Shown: positions 8,357 through 16,707 of the stretch, in pieces
How the letters are laid out: every line of letters starts with the position of its first letter
How positions within the stretch are numbered: position 1 is the stretch's first letter
From: an uncultured virus (IMG/VR IMGVR_UViG_2627853864_000004)
Lineage: Duplodnaviria > Heunggongvirae > Uroviricota > Caudoviricetes
DNA length: 20,000 nt
Direction: 5' to 3' (one strand)
IMG/VR virus record: IMGVR_UViG_2627853864_000004
Position numbers and translations under genes: made by a program
The notes under the pieces: model-generated
What the model was told of the DNA's origin: nothing
Databases searched by the model: none
What the model saw: only the letters and a program-made list of their open reading frames with translations

Positions 8357-8674
8357 TCAGCCGCCTTCGAAGAGCTCTGTCGCATACTTCGCCAACTCCG
8401 CGAAAAGCAGGCCCCAGTCCGCAGCCTTGTCGGCCGCACTGGACATGGGGTCAGCGGGTGCCAGGATCGGCTGAGTGTTGTTCAGCGACCACACCTCGCT
8501 CCACCGCCATAGAGCGGGGGACCACACATGCACACACGCCGCCGCGTCCTGCTCGTTCACGTGCAGCGACCAGCGGAACCGGAGTTCTCCGTGGTGTGTC
8601 AGTTTTGTGAGGTCAACAGGCCGCCCCTCCCGGACATCAATCTCGTGTGCGCAGATCTCTGGAGGCAGGATCAT
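8357..8674 (-). CDS. Hypothetical protein (105 aa)
   Basis: ATGA overlap with the upstream gene; Trp-rich globular sequence. Confidence 0.7.
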   Translation of the reverse strand: MILPPEICAHEIDVREGRPVDLTKLTHHGELRFRWSLHVNEQDAAACVHVWSPALWRWSEVWSLNNTQPILAPADPMSSAADKAADWGLLFAELAKYATELFEGG

Positions 8675-8973
8675 CCGAGCTCCCCTGACGGTTCAACCAA
8701 CCAGCCGTGAACGTCATCGACCCCGGCGGATCGATCGACCGTGATTGCCCGGCTGGCATGGATGCGCCCACTAGACACGTGTATCCCGATACCCGTGCTG
8801 ACGCCTTCACGAATGCGGCGAGCGGTGAAGTACCGGGCCGTGCGCTGGTGCACCACCCATCCGTGCTGAACAGCGACGCGGATCAGCTTCGCGGCGATTT
8901 CGTTGTCCACCTCCGCGTTACGCTCGGGCGGCGCAGAGGAACCTGCGGTTTCGATGGGGGTGATTGTCGCCAT
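8671..8973 (-). CDS. Hypothetical protein (~100 aa)
   Basis: ORF translationally coupled to 8357-8674. Start placed at ATG 8973. Confidence 0.6.
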   Translation of the reverse strand: MATITPIETAGSSAPPERNAEVDNEIAAKLIRVAVQHGWVVHQRTARYFTARRIREGVSTGIGIHVSSGRIHASRAITVDRSAGVDDVHGWLVEPSGELG

Positions 8974-9022
8974 GGCCCCGGTGCACCGCCTATCTGTCGC
9001 TGCCTCACGCTTCCAGCCGTTC

Positions 9023-9038
9023 CGGAACACGTGTTCGA
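9023..9038. promoter_or_regulatory. Candidate LexA (SOS) box
   Basis: CGGAAC-ACGT-GTTCGA versus the mycobacterial consensus TCGAAC-N4-GTTCGA: perfect GAAC-N4-GTTC core, perfect right half and two outer mismatches on the left. It lies in a divergent intergenic region. Confidence 0.6.
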
Positions 9039-9203
9039 ATTATTGCAAGGAAACGTAATCGGCATAGACGACACGCCGTTTCCGGTTTCTGCGTTTAAGA
9101 CCGGCATTTCCTCCCTTTCAACGTAGCGTCGCAGGCGCGTTTCAGGCATCTCCCACCCTTGCCCGAGGCGCTGTCAAAACCACCGGCCAGGAGAGTTTGC
9201 GCG

Positions 9204-12191
9204 ATGAGCCCAGACACCAGCACCCCACAGGTCGACACTGTGACGTTGACCAGGATGGTGTCACTCGGTGCGCATCTGATGCCACTGAAGGCACAGCTAA
9301 AGAGACCGACACAGACAGGTTGGCCGTTCGCGCCCGCCTACACCGTGGACCAGATCGCAGAGCACATGCACCGCGGCGGAAACGTCGGTGTGAACCTGTC
9401 GCTGAGCCGGATGATCTGCTTGGACGCCGAGAACACCCACGCCACGATTGCCGTGCAAAATGCGGGGCTACGTGTCACCGTCATTCCGGCAAAAGCGCAG
9501 ATGAATCAACCCCACAACAAGAAGTGGGGCGGGTCGCACACCTGGCTGCGCGTCCCCGACGGCATGGACGCCGCGACCCTGCCTGCCGACGCCATGGGGA
9601 TTTCGCTGCCTGGCGGTGGCCTGATCGATGTGCTGGCCGGAACCCGCTATGCCGTCGCACCCGGATCGAAGCTTGCCGAGGCTCCGCAATACTCCTACGC
9701 CGCCGCACAAGGCGGCCCGCTGGACCACAGCGCCTATGGCGCCGACCCTGCGTTGAATCTCGATGTGGCTCCTGCGTGGCTGTTCGATCGCAGCGTGCCC
9801 GTTCCGGCAGGACTGGAACCGCTGCACGGATGCCTGGCGCCGCGGCCGCAGACCGTTTATGACCGTGTAACTGCCGATGCCCGTTCGATCGAGCTCACTG
9901 ATGCTGTCGACGCGGTCTCCTGGGAGACCTGGATCGCCGGGGATCACCGCATCACCCTGGTCGGGCAGGTCGACGGCTGCGGGTGCGACATCGCGCACTG
10001 GGCAGGGTCTGACAACGAGAAATCCATGACGCTGCACGACCGCTGCGAAGTCGGCAACGGCGCACACGTGTGGAGCGCAACGATGATCGCCCAGCTCGGC
10101 TTGCCCGGCGACCACGTCTCGCGGCTGGAGCTTGCGGCCAAGCTGCGCGGGTGCAGTGTCGTCGAAGCCGGCCGCGCGCACGGGATCTCGATCGGAGGCA
10201 GTTCCGAGTCGCTGGCGCCAGTACTCCCCGAACACTACGAACAACAGGCTGCCGACGCGGAACGTAGCGGTGCGCATACCCGCGCCAAGCTGCTCCGGCA
10301 AGCCGCCGAGGGCCTGCGCGAAGCGCTGGCACGTGACGGCGTCGTGCGCGAGAACAGTGACGAGATGTATACCTCGTCACCGATCGCCGGCGGCGCGCCC
10401 ACTCCACCGGTGATCGAAGTGACTCGGCCGCCGGAGGCGGCTGTCCACGCCGAGACGGCCCCCTCGCTGACCGATGGCGCTACAGCGCTAAGCCCCCGGC
10501 CGGCACCTCCCCCGATGCCTGCCTCTGTGCCACAGCCGAAACCGCGTAAGGTGCGGCGCTTTCCGGAAATCAGCGACGTCGCCGACATGCCGATACCTGG
10601 CGACGATGAGATCTACGAGTACCCGTTCCCCCGCACGCCCGAGCACGTTCCAGCGGTGCACAGCACCCGCACACAGTGGGCCGAGATGCTCCCCCCAATC
10701 GCCAACCGCAAAACGCACGAGACAATTGAGCACGAGTGGATCTTCACCGCGACCCCAGGGTTATCTCAGGTCGCCGCGGCTGCCGATGCACGCGGGGTTG
10801 GCCGGTGGGGAATGCTGGGCGCGCTGCTGCCGCGAGTGGCGGCCAATGTCCCGCCGACTGTGCGGTTGATCCCCGCCGACGGGTCGATCCCCGCCGAGAC
10901 CGGACCCACTGGAGCGGGGACCTCGATCAACCTTTACAGCGTGCTGGTCGGCCCCCCTGCCTCGGGCAAGTCGGTGACGCTGACAGCCTCCGACACGCTG
11001 GTCCCAGGGGTGATGATGGTCCCGGTCGGCACCGGTGAAGGGATCTTGAAGCTGTTCCCCCGCGCCGGCGGCGAATCGGTGGAGGCAGCCGAGGACCGAT
11101 CGGCAGACGGAGAAGCTCCGCATATCGGCAGCGTCGGCGAGGAGCGCGCCTGCGACTCAGTGCTGCTGTCTTCTGACGAGATCGACGTGTTCGTTGCTGA
11201 GATGGGGCGCCAGGGCACCAAGGCCACCGGCCTCTACCGCCAGATGTGGATGGGTGGGGATGTCGGAAACATCACCTCCGACCGGGAACGCCACTCGATG
11301 GTTACCGCGCACACCTACCGATTCGGGATCCGCCTGGGCGCCCAGCCCGAAGCGGTCTCACCTCTGTTCAGTGAATCCGATCGCGGCACCCCGCAACGCT
11401 TTTTGTGGCTGGGCGCTCAACGGATGCCGATGCGTGGCGGGTACTACCCCGAGAGGCTGCAGATCGCCCCGGTCTACTGGTACGGCGGTGCGCCGTCAAT
11501 GCTTCCGCAGACCGGCGGTCCTCGCCCCCCGGTATGGGTGAAGCCGCCCCCGGCGGCCAAAGAGTTCATGGACGATGAACTGTGGCGCAGCGCTACTGCC
11601 AACCCGATGAGTCCCTCGGGAGGTTATGTCGCCGCTGAGGCTGTAGCGGACCGTGCCAGCGCGATCGCTGACCGGCACGCACTGCTACAGCAGCTCAAGG
11701 TCTGTGTGGTGTTGGCGGTGCTGGACGGATTAGCCCAGCCGCAGGATGTGCACTGGTACGCCGCCGAGGCGGTCATGGAGGTGCGCAGGAGAGTCATCAA
11801 AGAGCTTGTCGCCGTGGCAGATGCGGTGCGCGACGAGCAGGCCCGCAAGAGAGGCAAGGAACAAGGGATCATGCGTCGACACGCTGATGCGGCCTACGAG
11901 ACCGAGTCGCGGACCCGTGGCGCTGAAGCCAACGCTGCGGTGATGAATGCTGCATTCGCGTTGACCCGGCAGCGCATTCCACTGACGATCGATGCACTTG
12001 CCGCTGAAATGGAGCACACCCCGCTGGGCAATCCGGACTTTGTAGGCGAGGCGGTTCGGTCAATGGTGTCGGCCGGTCAGATGGCTCCGACCGACGACGG
12101 TAGAACGTATGTGCTCACGTTGCGCACCGAGCCGGGGGACAACACGGTAACCCCGCTTCGTCCGGCCCCGCCGATCTCCTCGATCGGATAG
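9204..12191 (+). CDS. Bifunctional DNA primase/polymerase (Prim-Pol) fused to a DUF3987/YfjI-like P-loop ATPase-helicase; probable replicase
   Basis: RBS AGGAG (9189-9193). Prim-Pol motifs PLK..KRP..GW, GNVGV, LDAE, GGSHTW and IDV..TRYAVAPGS. CxC..HxxC motif. NLYSVLVGPPASGKS Walker A (10950-10973), TGEG, DEID Walker B, GTPQRFLW and a C-terminal winged-helix-like segment. Confidence 0.88.
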   Translation: MSPDTSTPQVDTVTLTRMVSLGAHLMPLKAQLKRPTQTGWPFAPAYTVDQIAEHMHRGGNVGVNLSLSRMICLDAENTHATIAVQNAGLRVTVIPAKAQMNQPHNKKWGGSHTWLRVPDGMDAATLPADAMGISLPGGGLIDVLAGTRYAVAPGSKLAEAPQYSYAAAQGGPLDHSAYGADPALNLDVAPAWLFDRSVPVPAGLEPLHGCLAPRPQTVYDRVTADARSIELTDAVDAVSWETWIAGDHRITLVGQVDGCGCDIAHWAGSDNEKSMTLHDRCEVGNGAHVWSATMIAQLGLPGDHVSRLELAAKLRGCSVVEAGRAHGISIGGSSESLAPVLPEHYEQQAADAERSGAHTRAKLLRQAAEGLREALARDGVVRENSDEMYTSSPIAGGAPTPPVIEVTRPPEAAVHAETAPSLTDGATALSPRPAPPPMPASVPQPKPRKVRRFPEISDVADMPIPGDDEIYEYPFPRTPEHVPAVHSTRTQWAEMLPPIANRKTHETIEHEWIFTATPGLSQVAAAADARGVGRWGMLGALLPRVAANVPPTVRLIPADGSIPAETGPTGAGTSINLYSVLVGPPASGKSVTLTASDTLVPGVMMVPVGTGEGILKLFPRAGGESVEAAEDRSADGEAPHIGSVGEERACDSVLLSSDEIDVFVAEMGRQGTKATGLYRQMWMGGDVGNITSDRERHSMVTAHTYRFGIRLGAQPEAVSPLFSESDRGTPQRFLWLGAQRMPMRGGYYPERLQIAPVYWYGGAPSMLPQTGGPRPPVWVKPPPAAKEFMDDELWRSATANPMSPSGGYVAAEAVADRASAIADRHALLQQLKVCVVLAVLDGLAQPQDVHWYAAEAVMEVRRRVIKELVAVADAVRDEQARKRGKEQGIMRRHADAAYETESRTRGAEANAAVMNAAFALTRQRIPLTIDALAAEMEHTPLGNPDFVGEAVRSMVSAGQMAPTDDGRTYVLTLRTEPGDNTVTPLRPAPPISSIG

Positions 12192-12198
12192 ACGAATT

Positions 12199-12219
12199 TC
12201 TCTAAAATAGAGATACGAT
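12199..12219 (+). promoter_or_regulatory. Palindromic operator-like site plus -10 box (copy 2)
   Basis: TCTCTA-AAA-TAGAGA (perfect 6-bp arms) is immediately followed by TACGAT, 6 nt and then GTG at 12226. Confidence 0.7.
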
Positions 12220-12225
12220 GAACGG

Positions 12226-12615
12226 GTGAACACTTCAGGATCCGTTGACCGCTTCGAGCGCCGCGTGACATTGCACCGGTTCATCGGCGCCAAGGACGCA
12301 GAGGCGGCCCGCCGCGCTTCCACCTATGGTGTGCGCCTGTGCACTGGACCAATTCACGGGCTGGACGCTGTCATCGAAGACGCGGGCCTTGCCGGCACAC
12401 GGGCCGCGATCTACCGACATCACGGCGAACAGCCGCTGTGGTGGGTGTCGACGGATATCGTCGCAACCATCATCGCTGCGGATGAACGCAGTGCCACCGA
12501 AGCCGCGTACCTGTTGGTTTCTGTGAACGCTACAGACGCTGACGGGGACGTTTTCCGCTACGAGGTTCAGGTTCTCGGCGATACGGCCTCCCATTCCCAG
12601 CGTGCCGCTGCCTGA
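12226..12615 (+). CDS. Hypothetical protein (129 aa), leaderless
   Basis: GTG 6 nt after the -10 box; globular-looking sequence with high-GC3 codons. Confidence 0.75.
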   Translation: MNTSGSVDRFERRVTLHRFIGAKDAEAARRASTYGVRLCTGPIHGLDAVIEDAGLAGTRAAIYRHHGEQPLWWVSTDIVATIIAADERSATEAAYLLVSVNATDADGDVFRYEVQVLGDTASHSQRAAA

Positions 12616-12734
12616 GCAGGTGTCCAGGGGAAGTCTGCACGACTGCCTGACGCATGGAGGATGAATGAATGGATTCACGCGGGTCCTGCACGCAGCCGAA
12701 CGAGTACGAACACCAACAACAAGGAGAAATTGAA

Positions 12735-12983
12735 GTGTCGAAGAACATTTGGGCCACTCTCGTGTTTCTGTCGGTCGCTCTCACCTTCGCTGGCTCCAGC
12801 GTGCTGATCGGTGCCCACCTGGCGGCTCCATCGAGTCCGCCGCCGCCGGTCGGCGTCTACATCGCAGCATTCGCAAGCTCGCTGATGCTTGCAGCGCTGA
12901 TCGTCGCCGCCCGGCGCTCACCAGAACGCAAGTTGAAGACTCAAGTCGACAACGCAGCGCAGCGGAAACTGGCCGAACGATAG
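12735..12983 (+). CDS. Small two-TM membrane protein
   Basis: RBS AAGGAG (12721-12726) before GTG 12735; two hydrophobic helices and a basic tail. Confidence 0.75.
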   Translation: MSKNIWATLVFLSVALTFAGSSVLIGAHLAAPSSPPPPVGVYIAAFASSLMLAALIVAARRSPERKLKTQVDNAAQRKLAER

Positions 12984-13062
12984 ACCGGCGAATCGTATCG
13001 GCAAAGGTATCCGCTGTCAGAGCCCACGGACACTCGAATAACCGGAAAGAGAGGAAGGCTTG

Positions 13063-13344
13063 ATGATTGGCGAAATGACGATCGCCCTAGGAATAGCGCT
13101 GATACTGGTGGGTGCACTGAACTTGCAAGCGGGCCTGTCCGGCCGTGCGCTCAGCCTCCGCGGCGGGGTCATCGTTGGAGTTCTGACGATGTGCATCGGT
13201 GCGATCAATATCGTGTTTGGCATCGGTGGTCAAGGTCTCCACGGTGCCTGGCTCGGCGTTACGGGGGCTTTGTTGGCGTGCCAGCTATGGGTGGTGACCT
13301 CGGATGTACGCAAGTCAAACCGAACGAACGGACTGCGCGGATAA
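13063..13344 (+). CDS. Small three-TM membrane protein
   Basis: RBS AGGAAGG (13052-13058); three hydrophobic segments. Confidence 0.75.
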   Translation: MIGEMTIALGIALILVGALNLQAGLSGRALSLRGGVIVGVLTMCIGAINIVFGIGGQGLHGAWLGVTGALLACQLWVVTSDVRKSNRTNGLRG

Positions 13345-13641
13345 GTGTCCACAGAAGGTACGCGAGACAAGGAGATTCCCTTGAAGCAACCTCCGCTCAC
13401 GCGAGTGCACGCGTTGGCGATCATGGATCCGCGCCATGACCTGTTGGTGGTTGACGGAGACAATCGGTTGACCGCTACGTCATCGTCGACGTTCCTCGGC
13501 GGCGCCAGCGGCCGTATCGTTCTCACGCGCGGAGACCTGCTCGATCACGGCGTGGCGCTGGCCGGCGATGGGCGCCGGTTCGCGGCGGGGAGTGGCCTGA
13601 TCGTGGACCAGCTCCTCGATGCCATCAACGACGTCCGGTGA
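13345..13641 (+). CDS. Hypothetical protein (98 aa)
   Basis: Starts directly after the previous stop codon; plausible codon usage. Confidence 0.6.
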   Translation: MSTEGTRDKEIPLKQPPLTRVHALAIMDPRHDLLVVDGDNRLTATSSSTFLGGASGRIVLTRGDLLDHGVALAGDGRRFAAGSGLIVDQLLDAINDVR

Positions 13642-13903
13642 AGGTACGAAATAGCAGAGCCGGCAAGGAGACTGAGCACATCATGGAAACGGAGAATGCG
13701 GTTCCACTTGGTGGGCCGAGTTTGCGACGTACCACCAGCCGACCCTGACCGTCGGCGAGCACCACGCTCGAGGCGGACTGAGTATCAACTTCCGACGCGA
13801 CCTCATCGCGCATGACGTCGCCGACGTAGCGGGGGCATTCGCCCAGCTTCCGGAGAACTGGAAGGTTGTGGGCGAAATTCAGGAAGTAGACCCCAATTTC
13901 CAT
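13625..13903 (-). CDS. Possible hypothetical protein (~92 aa)
   Basis: ORF downstream of the minus-strand pair, start placed at ATG 13903. It overlaps the convergent gene by 17 nt. Confidence 0.4.
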   Translation of the reverse strand: MEIGVYFLNFAHNLPVLRKLGECPRYVGDVMRDEVASEVDTQSASSVVLADGQGRLVVRRKLGPPSGTAFSVSMMCSVSLPALLFRTFTGRR

Positions 13904-14006
13904 GTCGTTCGAGTGGCTCCGACGGAAACCCCGCGGGCCGTCCGGTAACAATAACGGTGAGCATCCGACATGCCACGCCACTCCTTAACACGTTCATCTG
14001 CGATCG

Positions 14007-14894
14007 TCACTCGTGGGGTTCCGGGATCTGTGCGGCCGCAACGGGAGCCGGCGGTGGTGTGGCAGTCGATGGCGGCGGCATCGTCATCTGGGACGCTGCG
14101 ACATCCTCGTCACCAAGGCAGGTAGCTGCGAGCTCGATCGCCACCAGTTCCCGGTATTCCGGGTATGGATCGTTCAGCCGGCCCGTGTATTGCCCCGCTG
14201 CGCTCAATGAGGCCGCGGTAAGCCGGTACCGGCTTAGGTCTACACCAGCGGTGTTGAGCGCCTGCACCTGCTGCAGTGGGGCATCAGCTGATTCGTCGTC
14301 CTCATGCAAATCCGCGGCATGGTAGGCGGCCACGAACGTGTCCCAGTCCCCCAGGCCAGCTAGCCGATACAGGAACCAAACGTGGGCGACCAACGTGCTG
14401 GTGCCGGGAGGAACGGGGTCGATGAGCGTCTGGGCGTCAGCGCGCTCCAGTGAGCCATCCTCCGCGATCGGAAGCGGCGCCAGCACCGGGCCCGCCTCGG
14501 GTGTCTGAGACATCTCACCCTCGACCGGGTCCGGTGGCGTTGTCACGTCCTGCGTATCCACCCGCATCGGTGGGATCGGAAGGCACTTGATCTTCGAATC
14601 GGCACCGGATTCGGCCAGCTCCGCCCCCGAGAGCTTGTCGCTTCCGCCCGGCTCGAACAGATCGGCCGTCTTCGTGAGCACTACCCCTGAAATCGCAACC
14701 GGAGCGGCAGCTGGAGAGGACACAGCAGCCACCAACACCAGCCCACCCATCACCGCACCCACAACCGTTGCCAGCCCGACGGCCAGCATCGCCAGCCGTC
14801 GGTATCGCAAACAGGCGTCACGCAACGCGCTGAGGGGTTGTCGGGTGTCCAGTGCCCGTCGCGCCAACGCGCGCAACGCAGGGGCGGTGATCAT
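14007..14894 (-). CDS. Single-pass membrane protein with acidic extracytoplasmic domain (295 aa)
   Basis: ATGA coupling to the upstream gene, Arg-rich N-terminus, TM LAMLAVGLATVVGAVMGGLVLVAAV, helical C-terminal domain and Pro tail. Confidence 0.8.
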   Translation of the reverse strand: MITAPALRALARRALDTRQPLSALRDACLRYRRLAMLAVGLATVVGAVMGGLVLVAAVSSPAAAPVAISGVVLTKTADLFEPGGSDKLSGAELAESGADSKIKCLPIPPMRVDTQDVTTPPDPVEGEMSQTPEAGPVLAPLPIAEDGSLERADAQTLIDPVPPGTSTLVAHVWFLYRLAGLGDWDTFVAAYHAADLHEDDESADAPLQQVQALNTAGVDLSRYRLTAASLSAAGQYTGRLNDPYPEYRELVAIELAATCLGDEDVAASQMTMPPPSTATPPPAPVAAAQIPEPHE

Positions 14895-15328
14895 GATGCG
14901 CCACTTCCCGACAGGCCTGCCCCGGGCCCAGCGGCGGGAGGAAGTCCGGGGGCGGGTGCAGGTCCAGCTGCGTGGGTGTCCGCGGGGCTGGGTTTGTCGC
15001 GGCGCGGCGCGCTGGAATCCGGGAGCACCCCGTGCTGCCACGGGTTGGTACGCACCAACGTCGAGGCCCCCGCGATCACCAGTGCGACCATCGACATCTG
15101 CACCGTGGTCTGGATCGACACGTACACAGCCGGATCGGTCCACGGCAGCGCCGCGATGCGCACTGCGAACAGATTTCGGTCATAGTAGGCGGTGGCAAAT
15201 CCGGACAGCACCAGCCACGACGAACCACCCGGTACCGCCGCTGCCACCACCACGATCACCAGCAGTTGGCCCAGCAACGCGTAAACCGCGGTGCGTGCCA
15301 GCATCGAGGGGGTGTTCACCTGCGCCAC
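14891..15328 (-). CDS. Membrane protein (145 aa)
   Basis: Two to three hydrophobic helices and a Pro/Ala tail; coupled to the downstream gene. Confidence 0.7.
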   Translation of the reverse strand: MAQVNTPSMLARTAVYALLGQLLVIVVVAAAVPGGSSWLVLSGFATAYYDRNLFAVRIAALPWTDPAVYVSIQTTVQMSMVALVIAGASTLVRTNPWQHGVLPDSSAPRRDKPSPADTHAAGPAPAPGLPPAAGPGAGLSGSGAS

Positions 15329-15384
15329 CGTAACGACGCGCCGCGCTCGTGGAAGGCAGTGGCGCGTGCCTAACGTTGCGCGCC

Positions 15385-15939
15385 ATGAGGCTCAAGACCG
15401 CCCTTCTGATCCCCGCCGCTGTATCCATCGCCCTGTCAGCGGCGGTCACCGTGGCTGTCGCCGACCCCGGCAGCGAACTTCCCGAATCCGAGACCACTGA
15501 CGTGCGCGTGACCCCCGCGACCGTTACCGTCACCGCTACCGTCGCTCCCGGCCAATGCGCCCCGGTGGCCGGCGGGCCACCGAACATCGCAGTGACCGAT
15601 ACCGCCGCGGAGCCGCAGCTTTCCGAGGGCCAAGTCGCGCCGAGCACGGCCACCGTGTCAGCCGACGGGGAGGCAGGACCCTCCGGTGCGTCCACCAGCC
15701 GCTTCGACCCCTACACCTGCGCCCCTGTCCCCGCAGCGGCCACGTCCAGCGCGACACCGGCGGCCCCCGCGCGGACGGACGCCGAAATACCCACCTACAC
15801 CGCGCCGCTGGCCCCCTACCCGGGTTCCAACGGCAGCGGAGTCTCCGGTGGAGCCGATGCCGAAGCGACCTCGACGCAGGGTCCTTTAAGCGAGCCCACC
15901 ACGTCCTCGACGCTGCCCGCAGCACCGGCACCGCGATGA
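15385..15939 (+). CDS. Secreted or anchored Pro/Thr/Ala-rich low-complexity protein
   Basis: Signal-peptide-like MRLKTALLIPAAVSIALSAAVTVAVA and TVTVTATV motif; TAACGT 8 nt upstream of the ATG; ATGA overlap with the next gene. Confidence 0.75.
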   Translation: MRLKTALLIPAAVSIALSAAVTVAVADPGSELPESETTDVRVTPATVTVTATVAPGQCAPVAGGPPNIAVTDTAAEPQLSEGQVAPSTATVSADGEAGPSGASTSRFDPYTCAPVPAAATSSATPAAPARTDAEIPTYTAPLAPYPGSNGSGVSGGADAEATSTQGPLSEPTTSSTLPAAPAPR

Positions 15940-16238
15940 CCGCGCTATCCCCGAAGCTGCAGCAAGCCATCGACTCAGCGGTGCATGCGGATGAGGCATG
16001 GACTCAGGCGACGTTCCCCAGCGTTGAGGCGGTAGGGATCGGGGTCGATGACCCCGACGATCCGCACGTCGCGGTCGCCGTGCACGGCGGATGCATCACC
16101 TACATCGGGATCAGTGACCCGATGCTGCATGTCGACCTTGAAGTTCTCCAGGACGTTCTCAACGCCGCCATCTTCACGGCGTTTAGCAGCTGGACGGCTC
16201 AGGCGAGCGGCAAGGCCCCGAGACTTATGCAGGACTGA
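15936..16238 (+). CDS. YbaB/EbfC-fold protein (EspL/EspH-like)
   Basis: 100 aa with helix, beta strands VAVAVHGGCITYIGISD and helix MLHVDLEVLQDVLNAAIFTA, matching the YbaB/EbfC pattern. Coupled ATGA start. Confidence 0.65.
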   Translation: MTALSPKLQQAIDSAVHADEAWTQATFPSVEAVGIGVDDPDDPHVAVAVHGGCITYIGISDPMLHVDLEVLQDVLNAAIFTAFSSWTAQASGKAPRLMQD

Positions 16239-16274
16239 GACAGATCGCGGATCGGAAAGAGGAGTCCAAACACC

Positions 16275-16508
16275 GTGGCGTACACCTGGAGCCTGTCTCT
16301 GTACCCAACACACGAGCACCCCGACCGCGGAGCATTCATCGCCGGAACCAGCGACACACTCGACGGCGCCCGTGATCACCTCGTCCATGCCCTGGTCGCT
16401 CATACCTCGATCCCTGACCAGGAGACGGTGCGTGTCGCTGTGCAGACCTGCAGCGACTGGACCGACTTCGACGAATACGCGATCACCTGTCGGATCGAAG
16501 AGAACTGA
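16275..16508 (+). CDS. Hypothetical protein (77 aa)
   Basis: Strong RBS AAGAGGAG before GTG. Confidence 0.75.
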   Translation: MAYTWSLSLYPTHEHPDRGAFIAGTSDTLDGARDHLVHALVAHTSIPDQETVRVAVQTCSDWTDFDEYAITCRIEEN

Positions 16509-16707
16509 GCCACACCAGGAAAGATGCTGTTGTGTCCCGGCTGCCAACATCAGTCCGGGCGGTGAATCCGTCTACGGTGCGGCACTTCTCGGCGTTTCAC
16601 GTGGCGGGTGCGAGAGCTGTGGCGCGGCCTGCTCTTGTCGGCGCTGCGCGCTACGTTCCTGACCGGAGCGGGGACCGTCGCCCGCACCAGATAAGGAGAC
16701 GCCGCCA

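Noticed and set aside
8883..9149. 88-aa minus-strand ORF with purine-rich SD-like sequences
   Set aside because: It overlaps the better-supported 8671-8973 gene out of frame, runs through the SOS box and has atypical composition. The purine tracts are better explained as repeats.
12580..12620. Tail DTASHSQRAAA resembling the mycobacterial tmRNA tag, suggesting an ssrA fragment or att site
   Set aside because: Similarity is loose and the flanking DNA does not resemble tmRNA. At most it is a C-terminal AA degron.
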